From Octopus vulgaris (Eukaryota): a stretch of DNA of 64,000 nucleotides. Shown piece by piece: positions 1-12,787 of this stretch. Position 1 is the first letter of the stretch, and the number at the start of each line of letters is the position of its first letter. The stretch is from assembly GCA_951406725.2 (NCBI GenBank), contig OX597826.1:51026001-51090000 (forward strand), in the 5' to 3' direction. Below the pieces are notes generated by a model. That model ran no database searches and was not told where the DNA came from. It saw nothing but the letters and a program-made list of their open reading frames with translations. Position numbers and translations under genes: made by a program.

Positions 1-31
<31 letters not shown>

Positions 32-964
32 CATCATCATCATCATCATCATTATTATTATTTGCCGAGGAAAAGTGCTGGCTTCACTTGATAATATTTC
101 CTTTAGAGATTTCATTATTTGAAAGTCTTCATTTAAATTTTTTTTATATTTTGATAAATTAGCTGGTATTTTTTATGAAAACTTTGTTGGTTATTTTTCA
201 GCATGTACAAATCTGTCTCCCTCTGTCCCTCTTTCTCTCTCTCTCTCTTTCTTGCTTTCCTTGATTTCTCTCTTTGATTTTTCTCTCTTTCTCTCTTTGT
301 TATGCATGCATATACATATGCACATGCAGATGCAAACACAAACACAGCCATGCTATTTTGACGATAAACTTGAAGGGACAAGTCTTATAAATATAAGCTG
401 CAGGTTTTGGTGTTTGAAAGGTGTCAGATCACAATTTTAAATTGTTTTTGTGGGGAACGCGGGGAGGAGGTAAAGTTGATATTATATTGCTGAAAGAAAT
501 CAGTTTCATTTTGAAAGTAAATGTGACCTTAGGCATCACGTTACTTTGAGATGACCCTGTCAACTTGGAGGATATGCAACCATAAATCATGTGAAAGAAA
601 CTGAGGCCTACAGATTCTCTCTCTCCCTTTCTCTCTCTCTTTCTCTCTCTCCCTCTTTCATGCACACACAGTTGGATTCACATTCAACGACTCACACATT
701 AACTCTCATATGTATACACACAATCAAACTCATATACTTATATACACTATGTTCTACACAAGAAAACAATTAAAACTGAGTCTAATTACATAAGAAGATA
801 TTGTGGTTTTAAATCAGAGACTCTTAATAAATTTTAATAATGTGTTTCCATAAACAAAAAAATGCTTATCTCTTAAGTTTGTCTCAATGGATTTTGATGC
901 CCTCAATTCTGATGAAGGTTGTTTTGTTGTCATAGCTGATATATGACAGCCTGTTCTATGTTAA

Positions 965-2079
965 CCCCTTCGCTCCTAATAGGACACATATATCCCAAGA
1001 AAAGTTTTTTAATAAGGAGTAAGATGGGAAAAAGAAAGAGGTCATTTGTTCAGAAGCGATTAACTTTTATAACAAATATATGGGTAGAGTAGATTGCTCT
1101 GATCAAATGGTAACACTGTATGAACCGGATTGAAAAAGTAGAAAATGGTGGACTAAAGTGTTCTTCAGGCTTCTAATGACAGCTATATATAACAGCTATG
1201 TTATTCACTCTGAAATTCACCATATGAAACCACCATTTATAATTTTCTTAGTAAATGTAGCTGAATATTTGATCGAAGCAGGAAGGCCAAATTTTCCTCA
1301 TAAGAGGTTCTTTTGTATGGCCTACTAAAACTTCAAAGTTGATTTTGAACACAGGTGGTCATATTCCAGTAAAACAAAAGAGTTGCAGAAAATGTACTAG
1401 GTGTACTTCGAGGAACAAAGAAAGGAGGACCCAATACATTTGCCGGAAATGCAACATTCCTTCATGCATCAATGAATGTTTTACTGTATATCACACATAG
1501 TATGTATTTATAAATCATGGTTGTTCTCATAAATATTATTTGAGGAAAAAAATATATTTGTTAGTATGATATAAGAGAAAAAACTATGTAAAGAAAGAAG
1601 TTTATTTATTATTTCATAAGTATTATTTGGAAGGGGGTCATTGTATATATTATTTTATATGTGTTATTCGAAAAAATAATTGTAATTTATAATAGGTATT
1701 CTGTTGTATCTGGGGAGAGTCATTCTCTTTTGGTGCCTTATAATTTAACACACTCACCGGTAAAATTTCCACGACTCTCCCCAGACACAACAGAATATGC
1801 TTCAACGCATAGAATCTTGCAAACCAAATCCAAAAACGAAATATAATAGGTATATTATATGAGAAATCAATTATAGCTTCATTTTGAATTTGAAATAAAC
1901 TGTAAGATTTATTCCATTTTTATTGACATAATTTTCCGAACTTGCCAATGAAATACTGTTGGGATAGGAGAGTCTCAAGTATTTGTTCATTAGAATACTA
2001 TTGGGACATTTTAGCCCCATGTTCAAAAATCATAGTTGTGATAAAAGTTTAGATTTTAATTATGGTAGGTAATGAAGGG
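965..2079 (+). mobile_element. piggyBac-family DNA transposon, internally deleted
   Basis: TTAA at 961-964 followed by CCCCTTCGCTCCTA; the right end GGTAGGTAATGAAGGG is followed by CTAA (decayed TTAA, 2080-2083); encloses a transposase C-terminal remnant. Confidence 0.75.
1023..1500 (+). pseudogene. piggyBac transposase C-terminal remnant (end of the DDD domain plus Cys-rich tail)
   Basis: Manual translation gives EAINFYNKYMGRVDCSDQM..Y...*KSRKWWTKVFFRLLMTAIYNSY, matching the piggyBac YN..MGGVD..DQ / KWW..FF motifs, then CRKCTRC...RTQYICRKCNIPSCINECFTVYHT*; contains an internal stop and frame disruption. Confidence 0.85.
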
Positions 2080-2291
2080 CTAAAGAAGCAGAAAATGTGA
2101 AAAAATAAAATAAAATCTGATTGTGCAAAAGTTGAAGTGAAAGCATTGAACATAACATACATTTATACCATCTCTCGCAGATGGATATCTTACCAAACTG
2201 TGAAGGATTTCACAGCAATAATAACCTTGTCAACAACTGTTTTAGCAATGTTTCGTTAAATACTTCATTCAGTCTTTCATCTTTTACTTTT

Positions 2292-3035
2292 TTCAGTCAC
2301 TGAACTGGTGCCATGCTGGAGCACTGCCTTGAAGTGTTTTAGCTGAATGGACCCCACCCCACCCCACCCAGTAGTTTAGTTTTTTCCTAAGTCTGATATT
2401 TAATCTATTGATCTCTTTTGCTGAATTGCTAAGCAACAGGGACATAAACAAACCAGCACTGGTTGTCAAGTGGCAGTGGAAGATAAACATGAGCACCGAG
2501 ACACACACACTGTAGATTTTTGAAAAATCAATAAATGTGTTAATATTTTACCGTGTCAACCCACGATCTTCATTATCTTTATTATAGAAATAACTGAAAA
2601 TTATAAACTGGCTCGTTTTTGACAACAATGATGGGCTCAATTTCTGTCTATGAAATCCACTCACAAGGATTTGGTCAGCCAAATCAGGCAGATTTGGTCA
2701 GGCGTCAAGCTGGCAGAAACGTTTGCACGTCGGGCGAAATGCTTAGCGGTATTTCATCTGCCATTATGTTCTGAGTTCAAATTCCGCCGAGGTTGACTTT
2801 GCCTTTCATCCATCCGGGGTCGATAAATTAAGTACCAGTTACACACTGGGGTCGATGTAATCGACTTAATCCCTTTGTCTGTCTTTGTTTGTCCCCTCTA
2901 TGTTTAGCCCTTGTGGGCAATAAAGAAATAAAGGATTTGGTCAGCCTGGGGCTGCAGTAAAGACATTTGCCCAAGGTGACACGTAATGCTCTGGACCACA
3001 TTCTTGCAAAGTAAGCTTCTTAACCATGCAGCCAT
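2292..3035 (-). mobile_element. decayed tRNA-derived SINE (family C), interrupted by a family B SINE
   Basis: Shares CCATGCTGGAGCAC, AATCCACTCACAAGG and TTGCCCAAGGTG blocks with the intact copies at 61681 and 63277. Confidence 0.7.
2701..2931 (+). mobile_element. tRNA-derived SINE (family B: GGCGGCGAGCTGGCAGAA...GAGTTCAAATTCC...GCCTTTCATCC)
   Basis: A/B-box-like head and a conserved central block repeated many times in the window; flanked by duplicated GATTTGGTCA. Confidence 0.85.
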
Positions 3036-5354
3036 CCCAACTTTTATTTTTTCCAGATAAAGTGTACATTGGAATAATTAAATATCACAAGATTTGACTT
3101 AGTAATGATTCTGCTAGTTCGCTGCAAGTTTATTTCAGTATCATTTTCAGTTGAGAATATGTCTCCCATGACAACTACTCTAACTGAAATCAGAGTTGAA
3201 ACATGATCTGGAGCAATTTGAAAGCATCTGATTAGTTCTAAACTTTTGGTTGTTGATCAATTTTTTTTCTTTTCCTTTTTTTTATTTTGGTTAAGTCTAC
3301 CAAGAAAAACAGGTGTGTTTAAGTGCACTTAAGGAATGCTGTACAGTGTTGGTTGGATTTTTTATTTGTTTCATTTCCAGGAAAATTAAAGGCAACAATG
3401 TCATTTAAAATAGTTCTTTTGTGACAAATCTTTTTCTAATCACTCATGAGAAACACAGAGAGAATTTCTTAATTTTATTTGAGATTCTGTTTTTGTGTAC
3501 TTGACTTTTATTGTTTAATAATGAGTCACACTGTTATAGCAATGTATATTATTATCATTATTATTATCATTATTATTTTACATTCTGAGTTCAAATTCTG
3601 TTGAAGTCAGTTTTGCCTTTCATTCTTTTGGGGTTGATAAATTAAGTACCAGTGAAACACTGGGGGTCAATATTATCAACTAGTTCTCTCCTCCCAAATT
3701 TTAGGCCTTTTGCCATTAGTAGAAATGATTATTAATATTATTATTACTATTATTATTATTATCATTATTATTATTTTCATTATTATTATTAGGGCAGTAG
3801 ATTGGCAGGATCGTAAGAACATTGGACAAAACTATTTGTAGCATTTGTTCTGGCATGCCTGGAACTATATCTATGCCTTTATGTTCAATATTGGAATTCA
3901 AATTGAAGTGGCAGAGTGGTTTCTAGTGGAATTGACTTGGGGTTTATAACTTCAGGGGAGAATTTGGCTGTGGGACTTTTGGCAAATTTGGTAAAAAAAG
4001 CAGTTTACATTCCATTTTGAATATGGATCCATGTTGAAAACACTACACCTGGCTCTTGTTTGTTTTTTATTCTTGCAAGGCAATTAAAATATGTATCATT
4101 TACCTCTTGGCTTGGTACGTATTGGATCTACTCTAATTTTATCCTACAGAATTGTGATTCTGTACTTATGTAAGAAATCGTTGCTCTATTTGTAGTTTTT
4201 GTAACTGCTGTTGCTATTTAACTCTGGGTTAGCCATGATGGAGCAGGCTTTTCAACTGTGAACATCCTGTCTTAATTTGTGACATCTAGAATCACATTAC
4301 ATATAATTGTTGTGTCACTGCTACCCATGGTGTTCTTCATCTTTTAAGACCATATAGTATCATTGAAATGTGAAATCTTGCTGCTATTTCTTGCATATAT
4401 ACAAACCAGAAACAGGTTCCAGAATTGCTGTTGGTGTTATTTTCTCTCTTGGATTTGCAAAATGGTTTCTCAGAATCATTACTTTGAATAATTGGTGTTG
4501 GCATAAAACTGACATAAACGAGAGATATTTTATTTGTTGGATTTTGATTTTTATGATTCCATGCTGCCATTGCAGTGTTTTAGTCTGTGTTTGTCTGTTG
4601 CTGAAGGAAGCAAGATGTAAGCCATAAGCTGCATCAGCAAGAGAGGAAATTCCAGAAAGAGTTTGATAGTAATGGTTATGTGTGTGTGTGTGTTTGAATG
4701 TGTCCTTAGCATCTGCGATCACCTCAGATATAACAAGAACAATAAAATCAGCAACAACAACAACAACAACAATAATAGTTATGGTTTCAAATTTTGGCAC
4801 GAGGTCAGCATCTTTGAAGGGAGGAGGATAAGTAATTTACATCAACCTTGGTGCTCAACTGGTACTCTATTTTATTGACCCTGGAAGGTTGAACGGTAAA
4901 GTTGACCTTGGTGGCATTTGAACTCAGAACGTTAACACCTGTAACCAAATACCACAAGCCATTTTTGTCTGCTTGCTCTGACAATTCTGCCAATCCACCA
5001 TCCTCAACAACAAAACAACAACAAAGATTATAATTTCTATATCATTTAAATACGAAGGTCTTCAATTAATAGAAGACATACAGCAACTGTTGCAGATAGA
5101 AGCAGCAGCCACAGCAACAGCTGTTCAGACTAGACAAGCAACCAACAATGGAAGCAAGAAAAATAGCAAAAGCAACAGCAGGTTTTGTTTTAATTAGATA
5201 CATTTTTAGACATTTCGACAGGTTATTAATTAGTTTAGCAGATAAGGTTAATAACACAAGTTGTGGATGATATTATTGTTGATGTCGTTGCCGTAGCATA
5301 CCAATAGTTTGTGGACTGCAGCAGTTAAATTAGAAGATTGACACAGGTCCTTAA

Positions 5355-5576
5355 CCCTTTCGTTACTGTATTTATTTTGAGATTTTCTGTGTTTCTTTCA
5401 ATTATTTTAAAATATAACAAAGAATTTAGTAAAATAACTTAGTTATCATTAAGCTAGTGTTAGGAACATAAATTGTGACTAAGGTTTGATGGAAGATTTT
5501 AATTAAAAACTTATGAAAACAAGACATTTGTACTACAGAGCCACAACCGGTTTCAGCCGGGTTGGTAACGAAAGGG
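5355..5576. mobile_element. piggyBac-type MITE
   Basis: TTAA on both sides (5351-5354, 5577-5580); TIR CCCTTTCGTTAC...GTAACGAAAGGG; related decayed copies near 5690-5907, 7624-7838, 50770-51288 and 62330-62555. Confidence 0.85.
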
Positions 5577-6605
5577 TTAACATATGGCAATTTAATAAGT
5601 TTACATCTTTTTTTTTTTTTATTGTTTGGAAAGTTTACAGGGGTTGGATTATAGGATTTGGTGTTAGAGGATATAATAATAGGTGTGGTTAATCCTTCTG
5701 GTATCAACCTGCCCGAAACTGTCCCTGTTTCTATGATCTGTTTTAAAGTGATCTAAATTTAAAACCTTCCATTAAAATTTCATATCAATTTCTGCTCCAA
5801 ATGAGCTTAATGATGGCAAAGTTATTTTACTAAATTCTTGATTATTTTAAAAATTCAATGAAATAAAAGCAGTGTATTTCAACAGAAATATTGTAACCAA
5901 AGGGTTGAAAAAGAAAATAAAAACCAAATTAGGTAGATATGGTTGGCTTCTTTTAGTTTCTGTCTACCAAATCTACTCATAAGGTTTTGGTTGGCTTATG
6001 GCTGCCATAGAAGACACTCATCTACAGTGCTACATAGTGGGACTGAACCCAAAACCACATGTTTAGGAAGTGAACTGCTTTATCATACAGCAATGCCTGT
6101 ACCTATAGTTATGCCAGCGCTGTACACAAATGTCTAATGTTCCATCCAGGAAGGAATCATAATTGTCCATTATTTATGTTATTATAAGATGGGAGAGTAG
6201 GGGGAAGGATGAAAGAGCAAAAGGTCAGATGCTTATAAAAAGCAGCCACTGAATCACAATATTTTGAGTTGAAAACCTCACCGAATTTCACTTGGCATTT
6301 ACTTTGTCTAGGATTGATAAAATAAATCTCTAGCATGTACCAGAGATAGTTGAAATTGGTTACACATCTCCCCTCCCTCTCAACATATATTACTCACGTG
6401 CCTAGTCACAAGAAAATTGTTATTATTATTAAGGCAGCAAGTTGGCTTAGTTGTTAGCAAGCCAAACAAAATACTTATCAGCATTTCTTCCAGATCTTTA
6501 TGTTCTGAGTTCAAATTCTGCTGATGTTGGTTTTTGCCTTTCATTCCTTTCATGGTCAATGTAATCAACTTGCCTCCTTCCCTTAAAATTACTGCTAAAC
6601 CTTGA

Positions 6606-6639
<34 letters not shown>

Positions 6640-7195
6640 GAGTGAGAGAGTAAGTGCATGCCATCAAAGTGATACTGGGGTAAAATATATGAAGCCCAGT
6701 ATACCCATCATGACTACCCGTCTGATAAGGGTACACTAGGCACATGCATCACAACCATATGTGCACAACATGGTGATCTCATATCAAGATAAACAGCACA
6801 TGACCTTGCAGGTGGGGCTTAGTTAGAATTTTCTTCTGGTTGAGTAACCCATCCCGTCAAAAGGTCCCTGAATAAGGGTTGTTTAAGGATGTTGAGCGAA
6901 ATGCCCATGTTTTCAGAGGTGAATTATTCAAACCCCAAAGAATCCCTCTCAACACATGGCTATGATGCTCCCCCACTATTTCTGCTTATGATCAGAGATG
7001 CACATATCGTCAGCCACTAAGGGACATGCTCAACTGGTTAAGGTCAAGCAATTGACAAGCAAATCTGTGGTATTGAGCAGAATATTTGCTGTAGCCCATC
7101 TTTTATACCAAGACAAAACAATGTACATGATAACACTTACAATTATTTAACATCAGAAGCCATGAGAACCACTGTCTGGTACTGCATCAGGGCAT
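6640..7195. mobile_element. non-coding insertion inside a (TAT)n tract, family unresolved
   Basis: Sharply bounded, higher-GC 556-bp block flanked on both sides by (TAT)n/(TGT)n repeats; no ORF recognised. Confidence 0.55.
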
Positions 7196-7216
7196 TTATT
7201 ATTGTTGTTGTTGTTG

Positions 7217-7287
<71 letters not shown>

Positions 7288-7292
7288 TATTA

Positions 7293-7339
<47 letters not shown>

Positions 7340-9787
7340 TGTCGTCATTTTTGCTGTTGCTTTTTATGGAAGCCATAGCTAAGATTGAAACTGTTTCACT
7401 CCTATAGATATTCATTCTTTATTTATAAATTGAATTTTTCTCAATATGTGCATAGAAAATTCTATTAGTGCCATTATTGCTTTTGTCTTTTATGTTAGTT
7501 TTTTTTTTTCTCCATATTATTTCACATTACTCCTTCCTTTACTTTTAAAATTACAATCATCATACCATGTTACAATCTAGTATTTCACCAACTTGCTCGC
7601 TGTTATATTTTGATAAATGTATTTAATCCTTTTGTTACCATATTTCTGTTAAAATATACTATCTTTGTTTCAATTAATTTTTAAATTGATCTGAAAAATT
7701 TACTAAAATAATTTTGTTATTATGATGTTAGTGTTTAGAATATAAATTAACACGAAACTTTGATGGAAAGGTTTTATGTTAGATTAATTCAAAACTGAAA
7801 ATTTGTATTATAGAATCAATAACAGCATCAAAAGGATTAGATAATATTTTTCTTTGAAAATTATTATTTTATTTAATTTTGATGTTGCGGTCCTTGTTTG
7901 ATGTTACTTCCTTACTGATAATGGTGTTTCTTACATGAATTTGAATATGTGCCAATATATTTGAGTTTCTAGTTTTGTTGTTGCTGTTTACCACCAGAGC
8001 AGTCCCTGGGCCAAATGGAACTATGATCAAAGACATTTCAGCTTTGAAAGCTCTATCTTTTACCCATTTCAGTCATCAGACTGTGGCCATGCTGGGGCAT
8101 CGTCTTGAATTTTTAGTTGAATGAATCAACCTCAGTAATTATTTTTGAAGCCTGGTACTTATTCTATTGGTTTCTTTTGCCAAACTACTAAGTTACGGGA
8201 ACATAAACATACCAACACTGGTTGTCAAGTGGTGATGGAGGAGAGAGTGAGTGTGTGTGTGTCCATCATTTCTTCCATCCATGACCACACTTATAAAATC
8301 AAAAATAGGTGAAGAACCCATGACTTTTGAAAACAGTTTTTCATGCTTAAAATCATCAAAGCATGATTGTTAACTACATTGATTGTTAACTGGTGTTGGT
8401 GTGTTTATGTCCCCATGACTTGGTGGTTCAGCAAAAGATACTGATAAGAGAGTACTAGGCTTAAAAAAATAAGTCCTGGGGTCAATTTATTCGACTAAGC
8501 TTCCTCAAGTTAGGCTCCCAGCATGGCCACAGTCTAATGATTGAAATAAATGATTAAAAGATTATATTAACTGATTAAGTATTCTTTCACGAGAGTTCAA
8601 AACATCTCATGGTGTGAGCCCAAGGCCAAAGAAGAGAGTTATGGATTTATAGACATGTTCTACCCATCTCTATTGTGGCTCAAAACAGGAAAGACCTTTG
8701 GTGGCTATTGGTATTGTGCTGAATATTGGAAGTTATATTCTAAAGTTTTCCACACCTTAATTTATGTCAAAGACCACACAAATACACTGATGTTATTGAC
8801 AGAGACACTCACAATATGAAATTGAGGACTTACCAAAGTTAATGGGGAAAAGGGATTCCTGGCATGGTTTGGCAAAACACTTCTTAATTGCAGCCACTCA
8901 AAACAGAAGAATATTATAATGATGATTCTAGCAGAGTCACTGGAATACACATTGTAGATGAGGAGTGTGATGGATTATATCAACTGATATTAATTTTTAT
9001 CAGCATTAGAAGCCCGAAAGACAATGTCAACTTTAGTGGAACTTGATCTCAGATCACAAATGGATATAACTAAGTACTGTGAACTATTTTGTCCAGTATT
9101 CTGCCAATAACAACAAGCTAGTAATATCATGTTTTGGGTTGGCCAAGTACTTTTGTTTTTGGCCACTTGACTTCAATGGGAGTCTTACATAGTCTGCCAG
9201 CCTTCCTCTTTTAATCAGTACACTCCTCTCACCAACCCCCTATTGTGCTCAGTGACCCTACTACTGAATATCCATTCAATTTTTTGTGGTTTGTTGTTAT
9301 TAGCCTTACTTAAACCCTCATCAAGTATAAAGGCATTCCAGCTGTGAGCATCTGTCTGTTTATGTTTTTTCCAGTATAGCACATTGGAAAATTAGATTAC
9401 CTAATATATTATTCCTTTTTTAAAGATGGTAAGGTGAGATATGAGAGGGATTTCGCTGCAGTCTCTAGTAGATCAAGTAACCACATTGGTACAACAAGCT
9501 ACAGTGAATGGTGATACCGTTGTTTGGTTGTTCTTGTCTTGAACAATAATAATGAATTGTGATACATTTTAAATAAGTAATTGATTGATTATAGATTTAA
9601 ATTTATTGTTCATGGGTAATTTAATTATAGGTATAGATTTCTGTCATTGATTAAATAACAACTAAAATTGTTCAAATTATTTATGTCAGTTTTTTTTTCT
9701 GTTTTGATTAATAATGCTTTGATTGGTGCAATCTTTAATCATCTAACAATTCTCTGTTTCTGCATATGTGTATGCAGATGTATGTTT

Positions 9788-9843
<56 letters not shown>

Positions 9844-11869
9844 AATCATTGTTTCAATTTGATGTCAAATTTTTCCCTACTTACATGCATAGGAAGGTGG
9901 AATCCATTGAAACAGATTTTCTATGGCGAGATGTCCTTCCTATTGCCATTCCTTGCCTGTTTCCAAGCAAGGTAATATTTCCCTGTGGCCAAACATGTTT
10001 CCACAGAACTCAGGGACCAGGTGATAGTGGTGTTAGAACTGATGAGAAATTAAATCTACCACAGTGGGATTTGAACTCAAAATGCAAAGAGTCAGAACAA
10101 ATACTGCAGTGTCTGACACTCTCCGATGATTCTGCTTTTCCACAGAAGGAAGAAAGGCAAAGTTGACCTCAGCAAGAACTGAACTCAGGCTATAAGAAAC
10201 TGGAATAAAATACCTTGAAACATTATGCTCTGTCTCTGCAAATTTGCTATCTACAGATTATTGGTATCCATCTCGCATTATGCATGTTGTAGTCTGATAT
10301 TCTTCATATTCCTCTGGCAACTTGCTGGCAATAATGGTGTTGTTTACTTCAGATGTCGCTGACTCTAATTCTGTAGTCTTAGATATTTTCTTACACTGTA
10401 CTGATTATTTTCAATGTCAGCCATCCTACAAGTCTAACACAGATTGCACTGTGTATTTTTTGCCAAGTACAAGTATGGACACACCTAACATTAAAGTATA
10501 GGAAAATATCTTGGTTGGTATATTTTTGACTCTTACCACACAGAGAGAAAGAATTTGCAAATATTTTGTCTATGTTAGTTTATGAAGTTGTTTTTATAGC
10601 ATAGGAGCATAATAAGATATTCAGTTTTTAAAAATTTAATTTAAAACCGCTTCTTTATAATTGTTTAATTAACATCTTGCCTTTCCTCCATGTTTGAATG
10701 ATTAAATTTAATGAGTATTACTACAAAAATCCTGTAGCGGTTAGTTTCGTACCTTGTTTATAGTTGTACATCTATCATGAAAAGTATTCTAGCTTCCCTA
10801 AAGTTAAGTGAAAGAAATACAACTGGGAACTGTCTGGAAATGTAGCAGCTATATTGGGAGAGAAGAAGAGAGAAATCTATTTTTGGGTATGATTTCAAGG
10901 TAGGTTACAACAGACAGTATGAGTAGCATGTGAATGTAAAATCAAGCACTAGAATCCGAGAAAACTAGCAACTAGTGATGCTCCGTGTCAGCAAATAGTA
11001 ATACAAATTTTCTTCCTCGTGGCATAAAATTTATTCCACTTATTGAATGAACTATTAATTATGATACATTTTATTTATTGATTATAGGTCTAAATTTCTA
11101 TCATTAATTATTAAGAATATTATTTAATATTGTTCAAATTGTTAACCTTCCTTTTGCGTGTGCATGAGTGTGTGTGTGTATTCATTAATAATACTTTGAT
11201 TGGTTTAGTGTCTCATCATCTCACAGCCGTTAAGATAGTTAAAACTATAATACATATGGTTAAAAACTGATATGACTTTGGAAATATTTTTGGTGTTATT
11301 GTTGTTGATGTTGTCTATCCCTGTTAATAAACAGGGTTAGACATCTTTGAAGGATTTTGATAAGAATTTTTTTTCTGTGTCTCTTTCATCACCATTTTGG
11401 AACATGATATAAGATTTAGGGACCTCACATGATTCCATTTGTGAAAATGGCCAAGGGAGATTCAGTAAAGAATGTTGTATCATCAGTAGTGATAAAGTAC
11501 CCCTCAGTATATCAACACAGTATATCAACTGACATAAAACTTGTAAGTCATCATCATCATCATCATTGTTATCTTTTAAACATCCATCTTCCATGCTGGC
11601 ATGGGTCAGATAATTTGAACAATTTGATAAGCTTTGATGAGTTGGAAGACTGTTCTATGCTCCAATGTCTGCTTAGGTATGATTTCTATTGCTGAATGCC
11701 CTTCTTAATGCCAAACCCCCTTACAGAGGGTACTGGGTACTTTTTCTCCATGACATCTATAGATGAGATTAAAAGTTTGTAAAATTATATAATCTCATTA
11801 CAATAATCCCTCTCCGGTATTTAGACAATGCTGGAATTCTCCATCATTGTTTCATACTCTACTTCTCCT

Positions 11870-12099
11870 ATTTCTTTACTACCCACAAGGGGCTAAACAC
11901 AGAGAGGACAAACAAGGACAGACAAACGGATTAAGTCGATTATATCGACCCCAGTGCGTAACTGGTACTTAATTTATCGATCCCGAAAGGATGAAAGGCA
12001 AAGTCGACCTCGGCGGAATTTGAACTCAGAACGTAGCAGCAGACGAAATAAAGCTAAGCATTTCACCCGGCATGCTAACAATTCTGCCAGCTCGCCACC
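11870..12099 (-). mobile_element. SINE family B, well-preserved copy
   Basis: Reverse complement of the 2701-2931 sequence. Confidence 0.85.
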
Positions 12100-12422
12100 C
12101 TCTACTTCTCCATGTTAGCATGGGTTGTTCAATTTTTTATATGAATTTTTCTGTTAGGTTGATGTTTTATGGTCAAGTGCTCTTCCTTTTGCCAACTCTT
12201 TCAACTACATCTGACACATAGTAAGGTGTACCTGTTCTAAAACAATAGAGACATTTAATGTTGGAAGTAAAAGTAAAATTTTTATCATTTTGACATAAAG
12301 TGTTCAGGTTTTATTCTTTGGGAAGAACATGAAGGAAGTTCTTATAATTTCTATGGATAATGTCACTTTCTTTAACCAATTTTGAATGATGAACTTATGC
12401 AAAAATCAAAACTTATTATTAA

Positions 12423-12599
12423 CTGTGCCCGTCTGGCACCTGTGCCCGTCTGGCACCTGTGCCCGTCTGGCACCTGTGCCCGTCTGGCACCTGTGCCCGT
12501 CTGGCACCTGTGCCCGTCTGGCACCTGTGCCCGTCTGGCACCTGTGCCCGTCTGGCACCTGTGCCCGTCTGGCACCTGTGCCCGTCTGGCACCTGTGCC
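12423..12599. repeat. 17-bp perfect tandem repeat, ~10.4 copies (CTGTGCCCGTCTGGCAC)
   Basis: Read directly; runs into a family A element. Confidence 0.95.
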
Positions 12600-12787
12600 G
12601 GTGTCACGTAAAAAGCACCCACTACACTCACGGAGTGGTTGGTGTTAGGAAGGGCATCCAGCTGTAGAAACATTGCCAGATCAGACTGGGCCTGGTGCAG
12701 CCTTCTGGCTTCCCAGACCCCAGTTGAACCGTCCAACCCATGCTAGCATGGAAAGCGGACGCTAAATGATGATGATGATGATGATGC
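12593..12787 (+). mobile_element. SINE-like retroposon family A (GTTAGGAAGGGCATCCAGC...; (GAT)n tail)
   Basis: Near-identical copies at 18197-18364 and 48983-49192; decayed copies near 11550-11740, 14115-14260, 14763-14870, 46740-46940 and 48245-48415. Confidence 0.85.

Noticed and set aside
909-930. CTGATGA at 909 (also at 10039)
   Set aside because: No hairpin followed by GAAA and a closing stem; chance 7-mers
5060-5180. Q/A/T-rich open stretch that could be an exon (LQLIEDIQQLLQIEAAATATAVQ...)
   Set aside because: No clear acceptor, weak donor, no family similarity recognised; likely CAG/CAA-derived low complexity
12423-12599. Palindromic short repeats suggesting a CRISPR array, with overlapping repetitive ORFs
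   Set aside because: Units are contiguous with no spacers, there are no cas genes, the context is eukaryotic, and the ORFs are only repeat translations
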